DNA of 64,000 nt from Eledone cirrhosa (Eukaryota), in assembly GCA_964016885.1 (NCBI GenBank), contig OZ024753.1, positions 28,148,001-28,212,000 of the forward strand, in the 5' to 3' direction. The translations under genes were made by a program, and so were the position numbers. Each line of letters starts with the position of its first letter. Within the stretch, counting starts at the first letter, position 1. Shown piece after piece: positions 57,081 through 64,000 of the stretch. The notes under the pieces were generated by a model. That model saw only the letters and a program-made list of their open reading frames with translations. It did no database searches and was not told the origin of the DNA.

Positions 57081-57377
57081 GCCACACTTACACAACCACC
57101 TTACCTTTGTCTCAATAAACTCTCCCTGGCCATTCATCCTTCTGTGACACCCTCCTACTCCAAACTCCTTCTCCCTAAATTCCTCGAACTTGACATGGTT
57201 GTCTTATAATGATTAATTCTCATTAAGAATATAAATATATTTAACTTTGCTAAAGCCTGATGAAGCAGGCAACAGCGGCAAAATTTTGAAGTCACTGTCA
57301 ACTTTTTCTTTGTAAAAATTAATATTTAGTTTTGCTCTGAAATTCAGAATGTTAATGATGTTGTTGTTTCATTACAG

Positions 57378-57494
57378 ACATGCAGTTGTGGCCGCAGCCC
57401 TCATTGTGTTCATGTTCTGTTTGTCATGTTACGTGTGTTTAAAGTGAAAGAGACTGATCCCTGTTTATGGAGCCAGACACTGAAAAATTACGAA
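57378..57494 (+). CDS. MAP3K1: MAP3K1 exon 5, SWIM zinc finger (TCSCGRSPHCVHVLFVMLRVFKVKETDPCLWSQTLKNYE)
   Basis: CxC-x5-CxH SWIM motif. CAG acceptor, GTAAGT donor, 117 nt. Confidence 0.97.
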
Positions 57495-57877
57495 GTAAGT
57501 CTTTCTACACATCATTGTCTGATATTGAGTCCTAGGCTGCTGCCCTCACTTTTGGGACATTGTTGTTGTTTATATATGTTTTTCCTCTACTCCATGGGAA
57601 ACCACCACTGTTTGTTTTTCCCCTTTGTTCTTTTCCACATTTGTCATAATTTTGACAATAAAATATAATACAGGCAGAATCATTAGAGCATCCATATTAG
57701 TTCTGAGTTCAAATACTGCCAATGCTAACTTTGTCTTTTGGTCTTCTATCGACAATACACCCTTTGTTATGCAGATATAACTTCAATGTGAGCGTATTCT
57801 ATTTTTTTAAAATATATATGTAAATGAAATATTCTCGCGTAGCTTAATGCCAATTGCTTCTGTTTGGTAATTTGTAG

Positions 57878-58026
57878 GTGGAGAACCTATTTCGAATGTA
57901 CAATGACCGTCGGGAATTATTACTTGCCAACAAAGAAAGTTCTAAAAACATACAAAAGAAACAGCTGGAAGAGAAACCAGAGAACTCTCCAGAGAAACTA
58001 TCGACTCCTGTGGAGAGTGACACAGG
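57878..58026 (+). CDS. MAP3K1: MAP3K1 exon 6 (VENLFRMYNDRR...VESDTG)
   Basis: Matches human VESLFQKYHSRR. TAG acceptor, GTGAGT donor, 149 nt, phase 0 to 2. Confidence 0.92.
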
Positions 58027-58495
58027 GTGAGTACTATTGATTTGTTATTGTTTATTTATTAATGATGACAGCGGTGATGACAACAATAATGGCAGCTGCG
58101 ATGACGATGACATTTAAAAAAATGTTTGGTCCCTTTAGCATTTAAACCGGCTGTATCTGGCCAGAATTATCTCACCTCTTTCTGTTCAAACCGATTGTAA
58201 CCAGCCACTTATACTGATGTTAAGGTATTGTTCTCAAAATAAATATCAAAATCTCATTTTAAAAAGTCTTTTCAAGGATTTTCATAAAAATTTTTCAAAA
58301 CTTTTCCTCAAAATCTTTTCAAAAATTTCCTCTAAGGATGATGAAGATACATGTCCCAACTATATATTCCCATTATATACCCACTACACTCTATGTCATC
58401 TAGTAGTTCCAGAGTTGAAGAAAAGTTCAAACTATATACACCCACTATATTCTACACAAATTATCTCTCTTTCTTTCTCTCTAACTCTCAACTAG

Positions 58496-58617
58496 CAGTT
58501 CAAAAGATGATGAAGACACATGTCCTATTTGTCTGCTGGAGATGCTAGAAGGTGAAAGTTTAGTTCGATGTATGAATGGCTGTCATAACCGTCTGCACCA
58601 CCACTGTATCACTGTTT
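58496..58617 (+). CDS. MAP3K1: MAP3K1 exon 7, RING/PHD finger N-half ([39 protein letters not shown])
   Basis: Matches human [38 protein letters not shown] tandem acceptor (start 58496 or 58499), GTAAGT donor. Confidence 0.96.
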
Positions 58618-59073
58618 GTAAGTATATTATATTATACTAGAATTTTTTTCAACATGAGTATATAAATATAAATGTGCAAACACAGGCACACTTACAAAAA
58701 TACACACTCACAGACATACATTCTCACAAATACACACACACACACAATGTGTGACAGATGGAAATTGCTCAAATTCATATATAGATTATATTGTTATGTT
58801 ATATTATGTTATATTGCTTATATAACATTATGGGTATCTATGTTCTATCCTCTTTGGTCACTTAAAATTAACTAATTATGATCAATTACTTAAGAGTTAA
58901 CCACTTAAAATTAATTTTTAAGAGTAATCACTTAGGATTAACTGCTTAACATTAACCTCTAAGATTAATTATTTAAGATTAACCACTTATAATTAATCAT
59001 TTAGAATTACCTTCTCAGAATTAATCACTACGAGCAGATGAAATAAATAGTTCATTATTTGTTTCTTCCTCAG

Positions 59074-59152
59074 GGTTTGAAGAATGTCATAACCAGACTC
59101 CATTAATTTGTCCAATATGTCGTACGAAATGGAAGAGTAAAATTGAGGACAA
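59074..59152 (+). CDS. MAP3K1: MAP3K1 exon 8, RING C-half (WFEECHNQTPLICPICRTKWKSK)
   Basis: Matches human WAEEC...PLICPLCRSKW. CAG/GTAAGT, phase 1 to 2. Confidence 0.95.
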
Positions 59153-59697
59153 GTAAGTTTCCACTATATTCTTAGATTCATATATTCATACATGTATGTA
59201 TATATATATTTATGTAGGTATATATATGTGTGCATGTATATATGTATGCATATATATATATTTATGTGTGTATGTACGTATGTATGTCACTGGTGGCAAG
59301 CTGTATTGGCCATTGCCTTTCCCTTGAACAACATTTGTGGCATGGAGAGAAGAGACTGGTGTGCATGGGTGACTACTGGTCTTCCTCAAACAAACTTGCC
59401 CGGACTTGTGCCTTGGAGGGGAACTTTCTAGGTGCAAATCCCATGGTCATTTGTGACCGAAGGGGGTTTTTACTAATGTAGTGCTTCAACAGAAGTGTTA
59501 CACAGCTCCCAGTTTGAGATTAGCAGTGGCCAGTGTAGTAGTGGTAGAAAAGACAAAGAGACTGTGAGCCAGTGGTTTTAGAGTGTTGGTGAGTGAAGCT
59601 TTGTAAATAAACTTGATGTCTTTTTCATTTTTAAATGTGATCAACTGACCTTAAACATTTTTCATCGGAACATTTTCCTTCATTTTCTTTTACTCAG

Positions 59698-59815
59698 TGA
59701 ATCAAGTATTGCTCAGGGAGAAGTTTCTTCACCATTAATTCCAGATGACTTGAGACTTCCGTATGCTGAACCAGTTCCTGTAGAATACAGAGACACAGCT
59801 CGACCTTGGATCCAA
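59698..59815 (+). CDS. MAP3K1: MAP3K1 exon 9 (...EPVPVEYRDTARPWIQ)
   Basis: Matches human QQIPPAYKDLAEPWIQ. CAG/GTAAGG, phase 2 to 0. Confidence 0.92.
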
Positions 59816-60628
59816 GTAAGGATTTAACATTTTTAAAATGCAATAATATCAACATTAACATCCCAATGCATTAGAACTAGCTTCATCAATTTATTGTCTA
59901 ACAGGTTGATTTTTGTATAAGTGGTGCATTCCACAGGTCAGGCAATCCATTGCTGCTAATGCCCTCTATACAGAGGGCTTCATGTGCAGTGACTGATGAT
60001 GTGTAAACATGCTATGAAACTGCTGCATCTATAGTAATTTCTGGATGGTGAGTAAGTTTGGTCACCATCGGGAGGTATGTTTTCTTGCAACTCATCTCTT
60101 TAATGGAACCCATGACAGGGTGCCTCGCATTTGGAATGTAATCAGAAATTCACAGCCCTCTAATTGCAGAGCAATGTGCTCAGTGGAACTTCCACATCAG
60201 GGGAGTAGAATTGAGGAAAGGCAACTAGTATTGAGGAAAATCTGGAAACTTATGTAATGTATCCTCATCTATCACCCTTATATAAAACAAATACATGTAT
60301 CTGTGGGTATATCATGACTCATACACTGTTCACTTTCCCGACATTTGTACATTATTCTATGTACTATACATGCACCTTTGATAAGTTGTAGTGCACCTGA
60401 GCACTGTACACAATAATTTTCATTATTATTATTATTTAAAAAAGAGGAAATCATCATCTTCATGTGATATTTGTTGCTCCTCTATTCCTGCACATCACTG
60501 CAAGGACACAAGTTAAATTATACCTTGTCCTCATACCAATGCTGCTATTCTGCCTTGCAGAGATGTTCACCACAATATTAATCTCAGCTTAATTATACTC
60601 TATATATTTCTCATGTATTTCACTACAG

Positions 60629-60871
60629 GTTCTAGGCGAGGACCTTGTGTGCTGTCTTTTTTCACGGAACTGGTCAATTCGGGAGGCTGCGTTGAAGTAT
60701 CTGAGTCGTGAGATGGTGTCCACATTACTACGAGGTTCCGGAGAAGGTCGCAGTGGTGCAATGATATCATCGAGTCAACAGACTGCCACCCATCAGATGC
60801 TGGAATGTTGTTGCAGTGTGCTTGCATTTATGTGTGCCGACCCTGTCTATAGAGTCTTCATTTCATGTCTT
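60629..60871 (+). CDS. MAP3K1: MAP3K1 exon 10, TOG-like region (VLGEDLVCCLFSRNWSIREAALKYLS...CCSVLAFMCADPVYRVFISCL)
   Basis: Matches human [21 protein letters not shown] and CCSVLSMVCADPVYKVY. CAG/GTAAGT, 243 nt. Confidence 0.97.
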
Positions 60872-61477
60872 GTAAGTTTATCATATTTTAATTGACATCT
60901 TATTCTTGTGTTTTTAGCTTTTCATTTTTCCAGGGTTGATAAATTAATCTTCTGGACGTTCTAGGCACCTTATGTCGCCAATAGAGTAATTTCCCCTTAA
61001 TACATATTGCAGTGTCAAGGGAAGCAATTTATAAAAATTTCTAGCATGCTAAAGATTAAAGCACCAATAAAGTACTGGGTATCAATATCAATTATTCATT
61101 CTCCCTGAAATTTGTAACCTTTTGCCTACTGGCAGAATTGTTAGAGTGTCAGACAAAATACTTTGTGGCATTTAGTTACGTCCCTTTGAGTTCTGACTTC
61201 AAATCGCACCAAAGTCAATTTTGCCTTTCACTCTTACGGGGTCAATAAAATAAGGTTCCAGTGATGCACTAGGGTTGATTTAATCAACTTTCCACCTTCC
61301 CCTTCATATTGATAGTATGGGCCAAATATAGAAACAATTACGTGAGGGTGGTGGATTGGTAGTATTAGTAGATACTGGGTATATTCTATAATTTTCATAA
61401 AATGTTTTTCACTGTTCCTTGTTTAACAAATTTGAAGTTAAGTTTCCCTGCTTTGAGTTGAACCTACTTTCTTATAG

Positions 61478-61599
61478 CGTACTCTGCGGGCATTGCTGTC
61501 ATACACACCGTGTCGAGACAAACAGCAAAGGAAACGGTTACAGATCATCTTGAAACCTGTCATAGAGGCTATCATCATCAAATGTACAGACGGAAACAA
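61478..61599 (+). CDS. MAP3K1: MAP3K1 exon 11 (RTLRALLSYTPC...KPVIEAIIIKCTDGN)
   Basis: Matches human KTLRAMLVYTPC...QPVVDTILVKCADAN. TAG/GTAAGT, 122 nt. Confidence 0.96.
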
Positions 61600-61947
61600 G
61601 TAAGTTTCATCCTTCCACTTGATGTTTCAGTTCCTTTCAATTTAGTGTCACCCAGTCTTACTTCTGTTGTTGCTGTTTAGCTTCAGGTCAGCTCCAATCT
61701 CTCAAACTAATGATTAAAGGTTTTACAGTTGTAATCATACCCTGTTATATTTACAGAGTCTATCTAATACTACATTACCTGATGTATCCTTCCTTGATGT
61801 TATTGTTGTTTAGTCCCAGGTCAACCTTGATCCAGCTGAATTATAATTAAAGGTGTAACAGGTTTCTGCCTGGATTCGAAATTGTGAACTCCATCAGCCA
61901 ACAGACCGGTACACTCTGTAACTTGGTTGGTGATAGGAACAGCTTAA

Positions 61948-62132
61948 CCCATTAGCATTTACATTAATCTATATTTACTATTGTATTTTCAATGTAAAGG
62001 ATTTCCCTCACATAATATTGAATCAATGAGATTTTGATATTATTTATTTTGAGAAATATTCCTTATCAGTATGAGTGGCTGGTTGAGGTCAGAGAATTTT
62101 TGCCAGATATGGCTGGTTTAAATGCTAAAGAG
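61948..62132. mobile_element. piggyBac-type MITE
   Basis: Same TIRs, TTAA on both sides. Confidence 0.8.
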
Positions 62133-62491
62133 TTAAGACATGGAAAAGCCGTGAAACAAAGGGTCAGGAGACATCTTTATCAGTTCTATTGTGCTGGTCA
62201 TATGATAAAAGGCACTCAGTAGAGTGCAGGAAAGTATGTAAGAAAAATGTTTCCATACTGGTATGAATTCGAGGAGAATTTTTTGTGGCAGAATTCTGTA
62301 GCTACAGACAGATCCTTTGCTTGTTTTGTTATTTTAAAGTGTGATCTCTGATTATGTGTAACATAAACAAATATCACTGCTTGTAATGTTGAAAGTGAAG
62401 ATGTTCTCTTTATCATTATCAAGTATGTATTTCTCTGTGGTGTATTACCACCAAACATTCTACACCTTCCTCTTTCTCTCCCTTATTTCAG

Positions 62492-62583
62492 ACGTACCAG
62501 CCAGCTGTCATTGTCCACCATGGTTGAATTGACCAAAGGCCAAGATGGAGAACTGGCTGTTGGACGTGAGATTGTCTCCCCTG
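62492..62583 (+). CDS. MAP3K1: MAP3K1 exon 12 ([30 protein letters not shown])
   Basis: Matches human [39 protein letters not shown], 92 nt. Confidence 0.96.
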
Positions 62584-63138
62584 GTAAGAGAATGTGTTTG
62601 TTTTTCTAGTTATCATCACGATCACCACTATCACAATCATTATCTTCATCTCCATCATCATTATATTATTGTTTAATGTCCAGTTTTCCCTGTTAGCAAG
62701 GTTTGGACATACTGTCAGGTCAGTACTTAAGCGGAGCCTCTGGCCTCCATATGAGCAAAGGGTCCAACTTTTGTTCTGAAGAGGCTTATCAAACACTGGC
62801 TTTGCTGAAACAAAAGTAGCTATGTTTTAAGAAAATAAATAAATAAATCTGCACTCTACTGAGTGTATTTTATGATGGCACCAATACTAGCAAAGCTGTC
62901 ATGTACATAGCAGAGCTGATGAGCCTTACTGACCTTTTGTCTGGTAGATTTACTATGGTTGGATGTCCTTCTGTCACCAACCACTCTACAGAATGTATTG
63001 CTTGTGTTTATCATGTAAATTACCAATGTCTGTGTAGGTGTGTTTGTACCCTATAATTTAGCAGTTCATGATTGATAAGATAAATACTAGATTTGAAAAC
63101 AAAGTACTGTTTCAATATGATTGGCTAAATCCCTTTAA

Positions 63139-63471
63139 CCCTTTAGCATTTACATTACTATATATATACTATTTTCACAGTAAAGGCTTTATCTCACATA
63201 ATATCGTATCTATGAGATTTTGATATATATTTTGAGAACAATACTTGAACCCTTTAGCATTTACATTCTCTATATATTTACTATTGTACTTTTGTGGTCA
63301 AGGCTTTATCTTACATAATTATCTCACATAATATTGAATCTAAGAGATTCTGATATTATTTATTTTGAGAACAATACCTTAACGTCAGTATGAGTGGCCA
63401 GTTATGGCCGGTTTGAACAGAAAGAGGTGAGAGAATTCTGGTCAAATACAGCCAGTTTAAATGCTAAAGGG
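63139..63471. mobile_element. piggyBac-type MITE: truncated copy followed by a full copy (63250-63471)
   Basis: CCCTTTAGCATTTA at 63139 and 63250; TAAATGCTAAAGGG ends at 63471. Confidence 0.8.
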
Positions 63472-63627
63472 TTATGGCAGTGCTCCACTATGGTCACAGT
63501 CTAATGGCTGAAACAAGTAAATGGTTAATGAAATAACAGTTATTGTGAGCATTTTAAATGGCTAAAATTATTCTTCTATAATGCACTTGTTATTTTATTC
63601 TTTTTTTTTTCTGCCATATCTTTTCAG

Positions 63628-64000
63628 GCTCTGGTGGTCTTGGAGGATTGGCTTACATCTTGAAACTCGTACTCCAGGAGTACCAAGTGAAAACTGTGAG
63701 ATGGCAGTGGTTGTTGGGAAGGCTGTATGTCTTGGACAGGTTGCTAGAGGAATTCCCTGGAGAATTCATTCGTGGCCCAGAACCAGACCCAGATAATTCA
63801 GAAGAAGAACTAAACTCTTCACCATTACCTTCTCAGCCTCTTTCTTCTACTGCTACTTCTAATACCACTACTACAACCACCACCACCACTACTACCGCTA
63901 CTACATCTTTTCCTTCTTCTTCATCATTTTCTCCTCCTTCTTCCTCTTCTCCTCCTCCTCCTTCACAGAATGAATTCTGTCGTATTGTTATTGTTGCCCG
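63628..64000 (+). CDS. MAP3K1: MAP3K1 exon 13, partial (GSGGLGGLAYIL...WQWLLGRLYVLDRLLEEFPGEF...), runs off the window
   Basis: Matches human [22 protein letters not shown]. CAG acceptor, phase 1, open to the end of the window. Confidence 0.95.

Noticed and set aside
57378-59152. ZSWIM2/MEX as an alternative identity
   Set aside because: Downstream exons match the MAP3K1-specific TOG-like region, which ZSWIM2 lacks.

Overview
AT-rich, microsatellite-dense eukaryotic (animal) genomic DNA; no prokaryotic features. The repeat repertoire (RTE LINEs with (GAT)n tails, tRNA-derived SINEs, long (TA)n arrays) suggests a coleoid cephalopod such as Octopus (inference). One host gene is well supported: a + strand MAP3K1/MEKK1 orthologue. 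I read 13 phase-compatible GT-AG coding exons from about 24929 to the window end, encoding the N-terminus, SWIM finger, RING/PHD finger and TOG-like region; the kinase domain lies beyond 64000. The ORF track misses most of this gene, and most of its long ORFs are microsatellite artefacts. The rest is mobile DNA: a Penelope-like element (YRDD RT remnant plus GIY-YIG), RTE, CR1 and Tx1/L1 LINE fragments, a hAT transposase relic, piggyBac-, mariner- and hAT-type MITEs, SINEs and minisatellites. The most interesting signal is a set of short non-coding elements in or beside (TA)n tracts. They carry minimal type I hammerhead ribozyme motifs (1297, 1804, 6873, 15332, 17622) and/or a fold-back-plus-tail architecture. 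One is a 321-bp unit bounded by direct repeats that looks like a retrozyme (circRNA-producing) monomer.
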